From contig JAUCBJ010003936.1 in the NCBI GenBank assembly GCA_032718475.1, positions 1 to 44,603 on the forward strand: DNA of 44,603 nucleotides. The letters run 5' to 3'. Origin of the DNA: Nemertoderma westbladi (Eukaryota; Animalia; Xenacoelomorpha). Below are positions 13,080 to 25,999 of the stretch, piece after piece. Under the pieces are notes generated by a model that was given only the letters and a program-made list of their open reading frames with translations, did no database searches and was not told the origin of the DNA. Every line of letters begins with the position of its first letter. Positions within the stretch are counted from its first letter, which is position 1. Both the position numbers and the translations under genes were made by a program.

Positions 13080-13197
13080 TGTTTCAAATTTCATGTAATC
13101 TCATTAAGATTTTTAGAAAAATTTGGAAGGGGGGGGGGGGGGGGGTCAGGTACCTGAATAACGACACTATAATCCGAGGAGGCTTGGGCATGGTGTA
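13080..13197. mobile_element. Solo terminal fragment of the Tc1/mariner-type family at 26182-27990
   Basis: gtttcaaatttca..aagattt.tagaaaaat..poly-G..gacactata..catggtgta matches the right TIR at 27888-27992. Confidence 0.65.
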
Positions 13198-13312
13198 CTA
13201 TAGTAGTCGTGTCATACGATGGATGATAAACTATACAGGTACCGGTTGGCCTATCATTTGAAACTCAACCCTTACGGTAACTATACACTGAAAATATTAT
13301 TTGTACCGCTGA

Positions 13313-14856
13313 CATGGACCCCACCATTATGGGTACCACGGATCCCACCCTCTCCGACAGCCACAATCCTGGATCCATGGACCCCCGCCATCTCCGACGG
13401 CCTCCATCCTGGTACCACGGATCCCACTCTCTCCGACAGCACCAATCCTGGGTACCATGGACCCCGCCATCTCCGACGGCCTCCATCCTGGTACCACGGA
13501 TCCCACCCACTCCGACAGCCCCAGTCATGGGTACCATGGACCCCGCCATCTCCGACGGCCTCCATCCTGGTACCATGGACCCTGCCATCTCCGACGGCCT
13601 CCTTCCTGGGTACCATGGATCCCACCCTCTCCGACAGCCTCCATCCTGGGTACCATGGATCCCACCCTCTCCGACAGCCTCCATCCTGGGTACCATGGAC
13701 CCCACCCTCTCCGACAGCCTCCATCATGGGTACCATGGACCCCACCCTCTCTGAAGGCCTCTATCCTGGGTACCATGGACCCCACCCTCTCCGACAGCCT
13801 CCACCCTGGTACCATGAACCCCACCCTCTCCGACAGACTCCATCTTGGGTGCCATGGCCCCACCCTCTCCGACAGCCTTCATCCTGGGTACCATGGCCCC
13901 ACCCTCTCCGACAGCCTCCATCCAGGGTACCATGGCCCCACCCTCTCCGACGGCCTCCATCTTGGGTACCATGAACCCTGCCCTCTCCGACGGCTTCCAT
14001 CCTGGGTACCATGGACCCACCCTCTCCGACGGCCTCCATCTGGGTACCATGGATCCCACCCTCTCCGACGGCCTCCATCCTGGGTACCATGGACCCACCC
14101 TCTCCGACAGCCTCCATCCTGGGTACCATGGACCCCACCCTCTCCGACGGCCTCCATCCTGGGTACCATGGACCCGCCCTCTCCGACAGCCTCCATCCTG
14201 GGTACCATGGACCCGCCCTCTCCGACGCCTCCATCCTGGGTACCATGGACCCCACCCTCTCCGACGGCCTCCATCCTTGGTTCCATGGACCCCGCCCTCT
14301 CCAACAGCCTCCATCCTGGGTACCATGGACCTCGCCCTCTCCGACGGCCTCCATCCTGGGTACCATGGACCCCACCCTCTCCGACGGCCTCCATCCTGGG
14401 TACCATGGACCCCGCCCTCTCCGACGGCCTCCATCCTGGGTACCATGGCCCCACCCTCTCCGACGGCCTCCATCCTGGGTACCATGGACCCCACCCTCTC
14501 CGACAGCCTCCATCCTGGTACCATGGACCCCGCCCTCTCCGACGGCCTCCATCCTGGGTACCATGGACCCCACCCTCTCCGACGGCCTCCATTCTGGGTA
14601 CCATGGACCCCGCCCTCTCCCACGGCCTCCATCCTGGGTACCATGGACCCCACCCTCTCCGACGGCCTCCATCCTGGGTACCATGGATCCCGTCCGGGTA
14701 CCATTGGACATTGACCCTGCCCTCTCCGACAGCCTCCATCCTGGGTACCATGGACCCTGCCCTCTCCGACACCTCCATGCTCTGTACCATTGACCCCACA
14801 CTCTCCGATGGCCTCCATCCTGGGTACCGTGGACCCCGCCCTCTCTGACGGCCTCT
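13313..14856. repeat. 40-bp minisatellite (CCATCCTGGGTACCATGGACCCCACCCTCTCCGACGGCCT)n, ~39 units
   Basis: Directly visible. It explains the many overlapping repetitive ORFs on both strands. Confidence 0.95.
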
Positions 14857-15207
14857 ATGAGGACCTGTCTCCCCCCCCCCCCCACACACCAACTAACAAC
14901 ACAGGATAGGCTATAGTCATATTTTAGCTTATATTTATATAAATTTTTTTAAATTGATTAATTTGTGCTACTTTGTATATCTTAGACCAGTACATTGAAA
15001 TAATAATATTAAATTAAAGAGCAATATTCCAAATTTACAATTCAGGGATTCTGGAAAATTCATGCAAAATTCAGATTAATCTCTTACAAATAGGTGATAA
15101 GATTATAGGTAAAACTCGAAAAGAGACTGTAGGATTATCTTTGCTGCGATTTTGATACCTAAATGCCATATTTTGAAATATATTTTGGTGAATTATAATA
15201 TAGCAAT

Positions 15208-16620
15208 ATGTCTCACGGTTGTGCTGGAAAATCATTCCCCCATAAACTGTATTGCCTCGCTATTGATGAACAATGTTCCTCAATCAAATTCGATCCTTCC
15301 GGCGAATACCTAGTCATCCACGAGAGAGACCTTATTGATAACATTCTACATGCACCTGACGACCAAAGCATATTCACCACGCAAAACTTTCATAGTTTTA
15401 TTCGCCAGATAAATATGTACGGCTTTCGCAAAGTTTCCTACAGCCACGGCAACAAACGTTCGAATAAAATTCTTAACCCCAATCTGAACTTCTTTATACA
15501 CCCATACTTCAAGAGGGGAAAACCCCATCTGGTTCAGAACATCAAGAGGAAACCCACCAACCCTCCTGTTGGTAGTCAAAAAGTACCTTCTTACATGCAC
15601 TTGCCGCAATCTGGATGCCGATTCGCACCCCAAACAAGCAACCAGACCGTTTACATTGACCCCTCGACTGGCATGCACTTCCAGCAACCCATGATGCAGC
15701 CAGTGCGCCCAGCTGGGAAGCGCCCGCCGGGTCGCCCTAGGAAGCAGCGCCCCTTCGTTCCGCCGCCCAACTTCGCTCCTAATCCTGCCCATAACGAGGT
15801 ATCCGAAGATTTCCTCAACGGCGAAGAACAAGCGGCCGTAAAGATCATCCAAATGGATGGATCGGAACCAGACACGTCGGGTTTAGAGCCGCCCAAGCTT
15901 CCCGAGACCGCCGTGAACTACTCCGGGGGATTCCCAGGTGGGTACCACCGGTTCCACAACCCCCCGCGCTACATGTACCCCATGGCGCAGCCTGGATACT
16001 GGGGTGCCCCTAGAGGATACCCAATGCCCCCCGCGGGCCCGTTTATGCCTGGCGGTGGACAGGGAGGAAGCAATGCATTCCACCAGGTTATCTTCCAGAG
16101 GCCCCCGATGGCTATGACACAGTATGCCGTCTACAGTGACGGAGAAGGGGGGTTTTACGGGCCTCCGCCAGGGGGTGCTGCCTATCCCCCTTTGGGTAGC
16201 TTTGCATCTGAACCTGGACACTCTATTGCTGTACCTCACGGTTCGGTTCCTATAGAATTGTCAACATTGCCCGAAGGCCCAGCAGCCCAGCCGGTAGACA
16301 TAGATGACGTGGACACGTTGGTAGCTGGCAATAACGAGTTGGAAGATGAAGACCCTATTGAGCACAGCGACATGGTCTACTCTCAGGAGGATAACAAAGT
16401 AGATGTCGTTAAGGAAGTTGAAAACAAAGAAGTCGTAAAGGACGTTGATGAAGATATTGAAGATGAAGAGGTAGATGTGGTTAACGTTGATGATGATATA
16501 CCCGATCTCGTTAACAACGGTAAAGTTGCTCACCAGTTTACAGATCTAGGTAAATTGGGCCGGGAAGTTACGGACCTCGGTAAAGGAGACGGGTCCCACA
16601 AGAAGGTCGGACACGAATAG
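15208..16620 (+). CDS. HSF5/HSFY-like heat-shock-factor DNA-binding-domain protein with an AT-hook, uninterrupted CDS
   Basis: N-terminal HSF DBD (FPHKLY..SIKFDPSGE..FTTQNFHSFIRQINMYGFRKV..FIHPYFKRGKPHLVQNIKRK), AT-hook KRPPGRPRK, a P/G/Y-rich middle and an acidic tail. No HR-A/B heptad repeats are seen. Confidence 0.88.
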   Translation: MSHGCAGKSFPHKLYCLAIDEQCSSIKFDPSGEYLVIHERDLIDNILHAPDDQSIFTTQNFHSFIRQINMYGFRKVSYSHGNKRSNKILNPNLNFFIHPYFKRGKPHLVQNIKRKPTNPPVGSQKVPSYMHLPQSGCRFAPQTSNQTVYIDPSTGMHFQQPMMQPVRPAGKRPPGRPRKQRPFVPPPNFAPNPAHNEVSEDFLNGEEQAAVKIIQMDGSEPDTSGLEPPKLPETAVNYSGGFPGGYHRFHNPPRYMYPMAQPGYWGAPRGYPMPPAGPFMPGGGQGGSNAFHQVIFQRPPMAMTQYAVYSDGEGGFYGPPPGGAAYPPLGSFASEPGHSIAVPHGSVPIELSTLPEGPAAQPVDIDDVDTLVAGNNELEDEDPIEHSDMVYSQEDNKVDVVKEVENKEVVKDVDEDIEDEEVDVVNVDDDIPDLVNNGKVAHQFTDLGKLGREVTDLGKGDGSHKKVGHE

Positions 16621-17959
16621 TTTCCGATTCTACATTCAGCCGAAATTCTTCCGCAAAAGATATTGTATGTATATCATTACATATCTTATTACATACATTC
16701 AAACATTAATTGATTTGTTTATCGCTCCTATAGTATATCGTTGCTTAGGTAACCTAAAGTCCCTAAATTCATTTACGTTTTGCGACCGTTTGCCACACTA
16801 AATCGCTCTTTCCTGAGTCTGATAGTCTGTTCAGTATGAGACCTAAATCAAATGTTTTTATTTTTATTTTTATAATAATGGCAATTGTCTTTATGGTTTT
16901 GGATTATACAAAAAAAACAATTCCATAATTCTACGAATATAAAAACCGTAAATCAAACTCAACAAAATTGTAATATTTTACAAAAGGTCCGAGTCTTCAA
17001 TACATTACAGTAGGTCAGTATTAAAACCATTTTTTATATTTATTTTCTACTTTAAATCAGTTAATAATTAATTGTTCAATATAAAAATATACAAGCGGGA
17101 AGTCTTATAAAGCATCGGGAAATAAGAAGTGGTTTTGCTTCTCTATTAAATTGAACATAAATGGATTTATGAGGCCCTCGCGTCTATAGGTACCAAATCA
17201 ACGATAATTATTACAGTTTTTAGCATTTTAATTTCCATAATTTTCTTCGATAATTGACCAGAAACGTAACGCAATCTCTCCTCTACTTCGCTCTTCTTAA
17301 ATAATAGTGTAATTATTAATTTTTGCGCTATTCTCGCAGCGACAGTTTGTTGTCTCAAAGTAAACCGGATTGTTTGTGTGCAATATTAGTTTGGTATAAA
17401 TGCATTTAAGTTTTTTACAGCATTTTCTCTGTGTGCAATAATTAATGCTTGCGAAATCTCGGATTGATTTAGATTCGTATTTTTACAAATAATAATTAGC
17501 TGGCTTTTGTTTTTAAATATTTTTATTTTTTCATAATTGGAATTTTATGTAGTTTTGTAATGTAATTTTAAAATTTTGGTTACGTTCCCATTTTAGTACT
17601 TACGGGTTGTAATTAATAATCCACAGAAATTCTATTTGTATTGTACAGTAGTAGTAGTACGGTAATTCTTTGTGTTATAACTGCGACTCCTACTATACTA
17701 ACTAACCCTGGCCCCGATGTCTTATAAGTCCCTGTGGAACGTTGTATTACTTTCATTATTGCTTCTCTTCGGTATATTATTATAATGGTGCTGTACTGTA
17801 TACCGCTACCGGCACATGTAAATGGTATGTTTTATCTAAATGTTGAATCTTTCAAATAAGAATAATGAAACAGAATCAGTTTATATAACAAATTTCATAT
17901 CTTTTCTATTGTTTGTCTACAGTATTTATTCCTTGTTCTAACATTTTCACCAAAGTTGT

Positions 17960-18850
17960 AAGGCTCGACATGCCGTTCTGAGGGAATTCAACTTACTACA
18001 CCACCAACGGGAATGTGGGACGAGGCACGTAGTCGGCGAGCCGTGGCAAGATGTTCAGTTCATATAGGGCAAATGGTGCATGTCCGTCTCTCTGTCCGTC
18101 CGTCTGTCTGTCTGGTAAATGTTTGAAGTAAAATTTATCGGCATCGCTGGCTCGGAATTGAACCAAACTTAGTAGGTAAGTAGGGGAAGTTTAGAACATT
18201 TGTAAAGTTTGGTGCAAAAGCCATGCAGTCTGACGTCATTTACGACAGATTGTATTTTAAGAAAATGTAAAATTTCTCGGGAACGCCTCATTTCCCAGAG
18301 CTGAAATTCTGGTTGCTTGTAGATAATCATTAAGTCTGTCCTTCACGAAAATGAAAAGTTAAGACATTTAATTGGGGATCCGCTAGAGACCCCAAAGTAA
18401 TGACATACCTGTACGATAGGTACTGGTACTGTGACTGGTAAGTACTGTACGAAATTGCAGAATAACAGTTTTAGCCTCAATAAATAGAAGTGCACCTTTA
18501 TGTACCTTGAGTGGTTAAGGCGTTGGACTAGAAATCCAATGGGATCATCCCGCATAGGTTCGACTCCTACCCGCGGTAATAAATCTTTCGTACGATTTTT
18601 GTTAATTATTGAAAGCAAACAATCGTTGCTGAAATTAAACCAAATTTTGGTACGTATGCAGTCAGTCAAAAGATTGGAAAGAATATAAAGCTTGGTCAAA
18701 AATGAGAAAGTCTGACAGTCGTTACCGGTAGTTTCAGACTTTTGATAAAAACCGAAATAAATCTGTCAATCACAGACGAAATTAAACCAAACATGGTACG
18801 TATGCAGTCTCGTGCTGCGCGATGGCCCCACCAAAGCGTTCTTATTTTCT
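17960..18850. mobile_element. DINE-1/HINE (Helentron)-like repeat region
   Basis: GTCC/GTCT microsatellite at 18083-18113 followed by a ttgaaccaaactt core. aaattaaaccaaa..ggtacgtatgcagtc is duplicated at ~18632 and ~18779. Boundaries are approximate. Confidence 0.45.
18509..18578 (+). pseudogene. 5'-truncated tRNA-Ser(AGA)-derived sequence
   Basis: GAGTGGTTAAGGCG, anticodon arm TTGGA-CTAGAAA-TCCAA, a long variable arm and T-loop GGTTCGACTCC. The 5' acceptor strand is missing and the T-stem has a mismatch. Confidence 0.75.
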
Positions 18851-19345
18851 AAGGTTAAACATAATTTTGGAGTTAAACTTCGCATATAATACTTGATTTA
18901 AAGTACTTTCAGTGTTCTGACCTTCCTGGTTTTATTTGTACTCGTTCAATGAATCCGTTTGTGTAAAGAACCATTCTACGGGGCGCCTAAAGGACTTTTA
19001 TGTTTTACACGTGCGCGCGTCTTCTAATAATTATTTATTACGTGGGAAAAAAAGTACTGTAGGGGCCCTATACCTGTGTAGAACTGTATGTAGTTGTAAA
19101 AGTAAAACCGTTACCTATACTTTTAGTTTATTTAATTATTCAGTATTTTTGTTTTTGACAAAATGTTTGTTTTTGTTTTTGGCAAAAATTTTACATTTTT
19201 TATAAAATTTTACAAATTTTAAGCTGAAGGGCATATAAATTCAGCTATAGTAAATTCCGATATGTTTCCATCGGAATCGGGACGGGTTCGGGATCCCGTT
19301 GCAACACGAAACCGCTTACACTTTCTCAAATACTTGTCACATTCT

Positions 19346-19519
19346 CAGATAGTGGCGCACATTGGCCGTAAGGAAAATAAAGTCTCGTTTATTGTCTTGG
19401 TTAGAAAACACCGCCATTGTAATCTGCTCCTTTCCCAACGTTTTAAATAAAATGAAACAAATTTGTCAAACACACTAAACACACATTTAGTGTTTGCGGT
19501 CATTTTGCCCACATTCTCT
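19346..19519. mobile_element. MITE-like interspersed element, copy 2
   Basis: Colinear similarity to 2896-3112, including both termini and the subterminal hairpin (actaaa..tttagtgttt). Confidence 0.7.
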
Positions 19520-20509
19520 AAGTATAAGCCGCTTTTACACTATCTACTTTATAAGGGACCATGGATAAATACCGTGACAAGTATTTTGTAGACAATATCG
19601 ACCCCATTTGGACACAAATTGTCTCACAATGGCACCCCCCCCCCCCCCCCCCCCCCGTCACGTCACTCTTTCACAAATATAATTAATTTTAAATATGAAT
19701 GACTTTTGTTGAGGTCATGTAAAATATAAAAAGTTGAAAAGTAGTATTAGTATAAGGGAAAATATAATAAATGACATTCTGGAAATACAATATAAGATTG
19801 ACCTTCTGTGAGTTTCTGAACGTTATTTCAAAGCGCATAACTTTATTCCACGTCGATTACATTCAATATGACAGTTTTTGTTTGATCTATAAAATTATGT
19901 ATCGGCTCTTGAAACGTTACAATCGCTATTTTTCCAATTTCGCTATTTTTACCCATTTACAGTATTGAATGAAATTTGGAAACCTTAACGTGCCCCCCCC
20001 CCCCCCCCCCCCCCCCCTTACAAATCATTACAAAACCGCGTAAATATACGACACCTGTTAACACAACACAGTACGAAAAAAGTTACATCATTTTCCAACA
20101 TTCACAAATTTTATAGGACATGCTTATTTTACTCAACTATCGGTATTTTTCCAGGAGAAAAAAAACAAGGTAAAAAAACAATTAATCTTATAACAACATT
20201 TATATTATAATTTTTCTAATTTCGATATATTATTTTCCAAAATAAATGAAATAAATTCGATATTACATAACAAATTTACGTACATACGTGGGGACGTCCT
20301 ACATATGGATAAGATCAGTTGTAGCGATACATCGAAAACATAACCATTACAAATACCATTGTCCAAGACCAAGGTTAATTAAATCCAGTCCAAAAAAATA
20401 AGAAAGGTACGGGCGGGCAATGCGACATTGCACAGCAGTCTAATTATAATTATAATGATGACAATTCAGATCATAAACATGTATTATTGATTAACCAGTT
20501 GATTAGTAA

Positions 20510-23500
20510 TCATTCGTCCTCTCTTTGTGCCACTTTGGTCTGCATACAGCTTCGTGCCACCGACTTAAATAGCTTCTCAACCTCAGGAGCGCAATGAACA
20601 AATTCGTGCTTCCAGAAATTAAAAGTTGGGTTTTTAATAAGTTCTATGAAGGTGATAAGAAGACCCCACGGATGCGGTCTATTCACAATGAGACGCTCTA
20701 AAAGGACTCGTGTTATCTGCTCCTGAATGGCCTCCGAGTTGGCCTCGGCAAAGAGGTACAACAGCGTGCAGCTGAAGTAGTGGGTGTGACTGTTTGGATA
20801 GCGGAGTTGGTTGCAAATAGCGTTAAGAAACAAATACCGACCTTCAGTGTCCAAGTCAACGGATAAGTTTTGGAAAATATCCATGTGGCTGGAGTGAGTG
20901 ATGGTGGCCATGGAAGGACTGTGTCCTTTACTTTGGATGTAGGCGATAGCTTGGGTGCCGACGTAGAGAACTAAGGCGTTCATGAGAGCGATGTTGTATC
21001 GAACGCCAGGTTCGTTACAGACCTGGAGATGGCTGCGGAGTTCCGACAAGAAGGTTACCGGCGCGCGAGTTTTCAGATACGCCTCGAGGTCTTTCTTCAA
21101 CTGGATGGGGACGTTGGCGACGAAGTTGGTGAGGATGCGGGGTGGGTTTTGGATCTCGGCGAGCATGTCAACCTTGAGGTTGGGAGTGAACGGATCCGGG
21201 AGACGCATCGTGCGCGGGAACGAGCTCAGTATCAGGTTGCGCATCTGCACGCAGTTGGGAGTGATGCAATCACAGAAGCCGTAGAAGTAGTCGCAGAGGA
21301 ACTCTGGGAAGTCATGGAGCAGGATAAGGAGGAGACGTAAGGTGCCCTTGTAGAGCAGCTGGATGGGTTTAGTAAGCTCGGCGTTGCGTAGGAACGGGGA
21401 TAAGAACTTCAACAAGTCTATAAGAAGTTGTGCGTACATTCCCCAACCTTTCTGCTGCGGGGTGATGTGCAGCAACCTAGCGATGAAAATACGATGGCTT
21501 ACCAACTCTAACCACGCGTAGGCGAACCCAGGGGACTTGGAAGGACGGAGAACATGGAGGATATTGCAGAAGGCCGTTAAAACTTGCAGGTTGATGGACT
21601 CTAGGATGTGCTCGGGGGCGTTCAACTCCATTAGCAGCATAATGAAAATGCGGTGGTAAGGAAGCTGCTGAAAATCCGTCGTCTTCACCTCAGCGTCCTG
21701 TAGAAGAACTCCACCCACGATGCCCAAGACTTTATTGAGGAGGTTGACTTTGGTGATGGTGTTATTAGCGTCGCCAGAGTGCTTAACGAGGAGCGCAATG
21801 AGACGCACGAAGGCATCGAGCGTAGAGTAACACTTTGAGCGGATGACGCTGGGATTCGGGGACGGTTCATTGAGCGATCGGTAGCACAGCTCGGTGCACA
21901 TCTCGGTACATAGACGGAAGAACCGCGTAATCAGGTCGTCGGTTTTTAGGATTCCTTGTTGGTGCATCTGCGTGACGAACGCGCTGAACGCTTTGCTGCT
22001 GTCCCGACCAGCCGCCGGCGAGTGGTACATAGTAACCCACTCGCGCAGAAGGTACTCCGTCTTCTCCCTCAGCCCCGGGGGGTCGTCAAATTCCCGCGCC
22101 TGAGAGATTCCGGACTGTAGCATAGCGACGGGTCCCCCGCCCCCACCCCCGATCATTCCGGTGTCCACGGTCGAGCGGATCCCGTCGATCAACTGGGCCA
22201 GACCGTCCGGTGGATTACGGGACAGCGCGATGCGGGCGAGGGTCTCGATCGTCTGGTACAGATCGGCAGCGCGCACCTCGGCGGCGGCCACGCTGTCGCC
22301 CCCCTTTGAGTCGATCAGATACAGACGGACGAGCATCTGAGCGAAAGCGACCGCGCTGTAGTTGAGCCCGTTCTCCATGGACTGCGCGATATACATATCG
22401 AGGTGCTGCATCGATACGAGTCGATGACGGATCAACAAATCAATAGCTTCCACATTGTACTTGTAATCCTCACGACATTCACATAAACATCTTGTAATGT
22501 TCTTATTGGTCCACATTGGACCATAAGCCCGTTGATCCTGCAGACCTTTCAAGACAAGTAGATGGCAATCGCGAAATCGCAGTGCTATCTCTGGATCGTT
22601 TCCTGGTCGGGGTGTGAGACCTTGCAGAAGACCTTCGACCGCCTTTTGAAGCAGAGCCAATGCTGTGACTATTTCTCGCGAGTTTCTCGCCAACATAACG
22701 GCTTCCAGTAGAGCAGCCATGGCTGCGACTTGAGCATGGCTGGTGGGCGCGGTGAGGGCGTGAAGATGTTGCTCAATCTCCTGAGCCATCTTGTCGTATA
22801 TCTGAGTAATATCGTCGGCGGCGTATTGCTGGACAGGACGGGCAAGGAAGCCGGTCTGCTGCGTCGTCTCGGAGGAGGAAAGGAACCCCGGAATGTTCCT
22901 CGCGAACTCCTCGTACACGGCGAGCTGGTGCGGCGTCGCGCCTCCCACTTTGAGGCGAATCTGTTCCGGCATCCGTTCCGCCTGGTAGGTGAGGACGATC
23001 GGGTCGCAATACCGACGCCCTTCGTTCCTCGCATGTTTCCTCAACTCGAATTCCGATGTGAGACGTTTGTCGATCTCGACAATCGCTTTCTCGATGGCCG
23101 ACTTTTGGATAAAAGCGCTGCACAATTCGTTGTTGTCATTGCTGATCACCTGACTCGCGTGTTCAATCATCTCCTTCTGCTGCTGTGTAGGAGCAGTGCG
23201 AAGGGAGGTTACGAACCCCTGTTTGAGATTATTAGCAATACTCATCAAAAGTGGCTCCTTACAGGTAATCATGGCCATTCCCGATGTTAAACTGCGGACC
23301 ATCGCATGGGCGGCAAGACGCATTCTAGCTTCTTCAGCGTCCAAGGCAAAGTCTTTCTTTATTATCTGTTCGCAGGTTGTCATTGCGATTTTAATGGAAC
23401 GCTCTGCTACTGGCAATGCGAGTTCTTGGACTGAACGTTCTATGGCTGAACGTACGCACTGCTTCAAGGCAGGTTGAGTCTGAAATAAAGGCAATGAGGG

Positions 23501-25999
23501 GTTCTGCGAGATATGCGGAGCCAATCCATTGATGGAGAACACGTTGATATCGTTGTAACAGAATTGGGGTTTCTGTAAGATTCCCACGGGAGGACTAGCA
23601 GACGTGGATCCCGTTACCATGCCACTCTGTGCCGTCGTCGTCATAGCAACAGCGGCCATAGCCGAAGACGTGATGGAAACGTCTTCGTGAGTTGTTGCTA
23701 TAGTAACAACTACTACCGCATCTTTCTTTGCAGGAGTTGAGAGTTGATGTTCGATCTTATCCAAAATCTCGGCATTTTTCAAATAGTTTGATGGTGTCAA
23801 TTCAGAAATTTCGATTTGTAAATTTTTGCACAAAACTTCCACTTCAAATTTTAGATTTAGTTTAAGACCCTGTTCTTGGTGGAGCTCAGCTAGGACGTTG
23901 AGTATTGCCATAGTTAGTGGATTCGGAGGTTTAAACACTTTGCTCTTCCCGCAACAATCGAGAACCTTGGCAACAAATGGAACTACGTAAAGCAACTCGT
24001 CAGGGCCCTTATAGTAAGCTTCCAGGATGAGAACTTTTAGATCCAGGTGGATCTGAAGAATGGGTTTATTTTTCGCTAAAGTCAACAGTCCAAGCCAATG
24101 CCCGAGATTCTTCAATAGGGACCGATCAGAGAAATTATTCGCGTCTTTCTCAGACTGTAGCAAAACTTTAATGTTGCGGAAAGTTTCTTGGATAACTAAA
24201 TTTGTCACAGTTTGATTTTGGAAAATGTCAATAAAGTTAGCGTATAGATTATGGAAATTCGGCTCAATGGAAGCGCGTTTAAGGACCAAGTACTGGGCGA
24301 TCCAGGGGTTGTAATCGTCTGAGACGACAGCTCGAAGTTCCTTGGCCTTCAGAGCCAAATTCGATTGGCTCAAATTGTTAAAAATAAATGCGATCTTGTC
24401 TTGTATAACATCTGGTGGTTGTATTTTATCAGGGTCGGAATTGCGCGCCGCGACAAGCGTATCGATACTGGTACCGGCGATGGAAGGAGCCGACGTGACC
24501 CCACCGCTAGAGGGCGCGGGTTGGTCGGCAACCGACGGTTTGGACGCAAACGGGGATGAAGTCATTGGCTGGGATGATGATGACGTCACTGAGTTGGAGG
24601 ATATGGACGACATGGGGGGATCACGACCCAACTTACCGAAATCTATGTAGTTGGCGAGGTTTTGCGGGAACTCGTTAAAGTGAGGGATCGTTGCTAGGTG
24701 CTGGCAGTACTGCGGCGTTTCTTTCAGATTTGTCTTGAAGCAATCGAGAGCGGTGATACCGAAGTTGTACATCTTGGAGGTGGGTGAACGGCGGAGTGCG
24801 TCCAAAACATAACGCAACCCTAATCCCAACTGGACAAATTTAATTAAACCTCGTTCGATGATTCCACCGAATAGCAATGCAGTCGTGTGGAGTTCCTTAT
24901 CGGGGTACTGAGCGAAGAATCGATATTCCTCGAAGAGGTTTCGCAGCATACACTGGAAGATGAGTCGCTCCTTCTCGATCTGGGAATCCTTGAAAGCCTT
25001 GAGCATGTCGAGTACCTCGGGGATGACGACGGTGGGGTTCGGGAGTTGGTTGTAGATCCGCTGGAAGTATCCGTTGGCCTCGTCATCGATCTCCTGGCCG
25101 AAGTTCTGCGAAACCTCGGGCCACATGGCCGCAATGTCGCTGGAGACGCCCACGGCGCCGGGACGACGGCCTTCCTTCAGGCCGGGGAGGACCGGCACCG
25201 AGTTGGGGAAGCCGGTGGGCAACGCGGACGAGCCGAGGGGTGCACCGGAGCTGCGTCGAGTGAACCCGTCGCCAGGGAGACCGTCCTGCGAGCTCGATGG
25301 AAGCGACGCGAAACTGCTGTTGTTGTTGTAGAAGACGCCGGGGAAGTTGGGGACTTTCTGAGGGGATTGAGGGAGCGCATTCCCACCGAACTGAGAAGGG
25401 AAGCTGGGGTAGGATGAGGCGGAGGTCGATGACCCCGAACCGAGCCCCAACCCTAAACCGAAACTACTCCCGGTCCCGGGACCCCCAGGGATCCCGAACC
25501 CTGAAGCCCCCGCACCGCTGCCCCCCAGCCCCATGGGGGGCAGACCCCCCATACTGCCCCCTCCGACGCCACTGAGTCCCGAGAAGGCATTGCCGCCACT
25601 GATCCCGCCCCCCAGCCCGAGACCCATCGAGCTGACTCCGCCGCCCCCCACGGCTGCGCCCCCCAGCGGCCCCGAGGGCGCGGCCAACCCTAACCCTAGG
25701 TTGTTACCCAGACCGATACCCGATAGAGAGTCCATATGGGATGGCTGGGCTTTACTCAACAACCCGCCACTGAACGGGTTACCCGGCGGTTGAATCAACC
25801 CACGGGATTTACTCATCAAGGAAGACCCGTTGTTTACCATCATTAGAATGGCTTCGCTCAGTTCCACACTGGTTATCTGGTGAACTATTGACTGGAGACA
25901 GATTAGCATCGTGGTTATAGACTCGGCGGGTAGGTTGTTACTAAGGCCCAGTATGTCCTCGTCTGTAGGTTTGATCCCGCCAGGAGGCGTCAACAAAAT
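20510..25999 (-). CDS. CNOT1: CCR4-NOT complex subunit 1, terminal coding exon (1830 codons including stop); N-terminal exons not found in the window
   Basis: Strong CNOT1 motifs [63 protein letters not shown] and [19 protein letters not shown] splice acceptor tttccatttag|ATT sits at 26001-26000 (phase 0). The track's TTG 'start' is not a real start codon. Confidence 0.96.
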   Translation of the reverse strand: MLLTPPGGIKPTDEDILGLSNNLPAESITTMLICLQSIVHQITSVELSEAILMMVNNGSSLMSKSRGLIQPPGNPFSGGLLSKAQPSHMDSLSGIGLGNNLGLGLAAPSGPLGGAAVGGGGVSSMGLGLGGGISGGNAFSGLSGVGGGSMGGLPPMGLGGSGAGASGFGIPGGPGTGSSFGLGLGLGSGSSTSASSYPSFPSQFGGNALPQSPQKVPNFPGVFYNNNSSFASLPSSSQDGLPGDGFTRRSSGAPLGSSALPTGFPNSVPVLPGLKEGRRPGAVGVSSDIAAMWPEVSQNFGQEIDDEANGYFQRIYNQLPNPTVVIPEVLDMLKAFKDSQIEKERLIFQCMLRNLFEEYRFFAQYPDKELHTTALLFGGIIERGLIKFVQLGLGLRYVLDALRRSPTSKMYNFGITALDCFKTNLKETPQYCQHLATIPHFNEFPQNLANYIDFGKLGRDPPMSSISSNSVTSSSSQPMTSSPFASKPSVADQPAPSSGGVTSAPSIAGTSIDTLVAARNSDPDKIQPPDVIQDKIAFIFNNLSQSNLALKAKELRAVVSDDYNPWIAQYLVLKRASIEPNFHNLYANFIDIFQNQTVTNLVIQETFRNIKVLLQSEKDANNFSDRSLLKNLGHWLGLLTLAKNKPILQIHLDLKVLILEAYYKGPDELLYVVPFVAKVLDCCGKSKVFKPPNPLTMAILNVLAELHQEQGLKLNLKFEVEVLCKNLQIEISELTPSNYLKNAEILDKIEHQLSTPAKKDAVVVVTIATTHEDVSITSSAMAAVAMTTTAQSGMVTGSTSASPPVGILQKPQFCYNDINVFSINGLAPHISQNPSLPLFQTQPALKQCVRSAIERSVQELALPVAERSIKIAMTTCEQIIKKDFALDAEEARMRLAAHAMVRSLTSGMAMITCKEPLLMSIANNLKQGFVTSLRTAPTQQQKEMIEHASQVISNDNNELCSAFIQKSAIEKAIVEIDKRLTSEFELRKHARNEGRRYCDPIVLTYQAERMPEQIRLKVGGATPHQLAVYEEFARNIPGFLSSSETTQQTGFLARPVQQYAADDITQIYDKMAQEIEQHLHALTAPTSHAQVAAMAALLEAVMLARNSREIVTALALLQKAVEGLLQGLTPRPGNDPEIALRFRDCHLLVLKGLQDQRAYGPMWTNKNITRCLCECREDYKYNVEAIDLLIRHRLVSMQHLDMYIAQSMENGLNYSAVAFAQMLVRLYLIDSKGGDSVAAAEVRAADLYQTIETLARIALSRNPPDGLAQLIDGIRSTVDTGMIGGGGGGPVAMLQSGISQAREFDDPPGLREKTEYLLREWVTMYHSPAAGRDSSKAFSAFVTQMHQQGILKTDDLITRFFRLCTEMCTELCYRSLNEPSPNPSVIRSKCYSTLDAFVRLIALLVKHSGDANNTITKVNLLNKVLGIVGGVLLQDAEVKTTDFQQLPYHRIFIMLLMELNAPEHILESINLQVLTAFCNILHVLRPSKSPGFAYAWLELVSHRIFIARLLHITPQQKGWGMYAQLLIDLLKFLSPFLRNAELTKPIQLLYKGTLRLLLILLHDFPEFLCDYFYGFCDCITPNCVQMRNLILSSFPRTMRLPDPFTPNLKVDMLAEIQNPPRILTNFVANVPIQLKKDLEAYLKTRAPVTFLSELRSHLQVCNEPGVRYNIALMNALVLYVGTQAIAYIQSKGHSPSMATITHSSHMDIFQNLSVDLDTEGRYLFLNAICNQLRYPNSHTHYFSCTLLYLFAEANSEAIQEQITRVLLERLIVNRPHPWGLLITFIELIKNPTFNFWKHEFVHCAPEVEKLFKSVARSCMQTKVAQREDE

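Noticed and set aside
13219-14892. Long Pro-rich and Gly/Trp-rich ORFs on both strands
   Set aside because: They are artefacts of the stop-free 40-bp unit, which cycles through all frames.
19552-20050. MITE starting TAAGGGACCATGGATAAAT
   Set aside because: No convincing matching right terminus or TSD was found.
20982-25793. Short ORFs overlapping CNOT1 on either strand
   Set aside because: These are shadow ORFs of GC-rich coding sequence with no recognisable domains.
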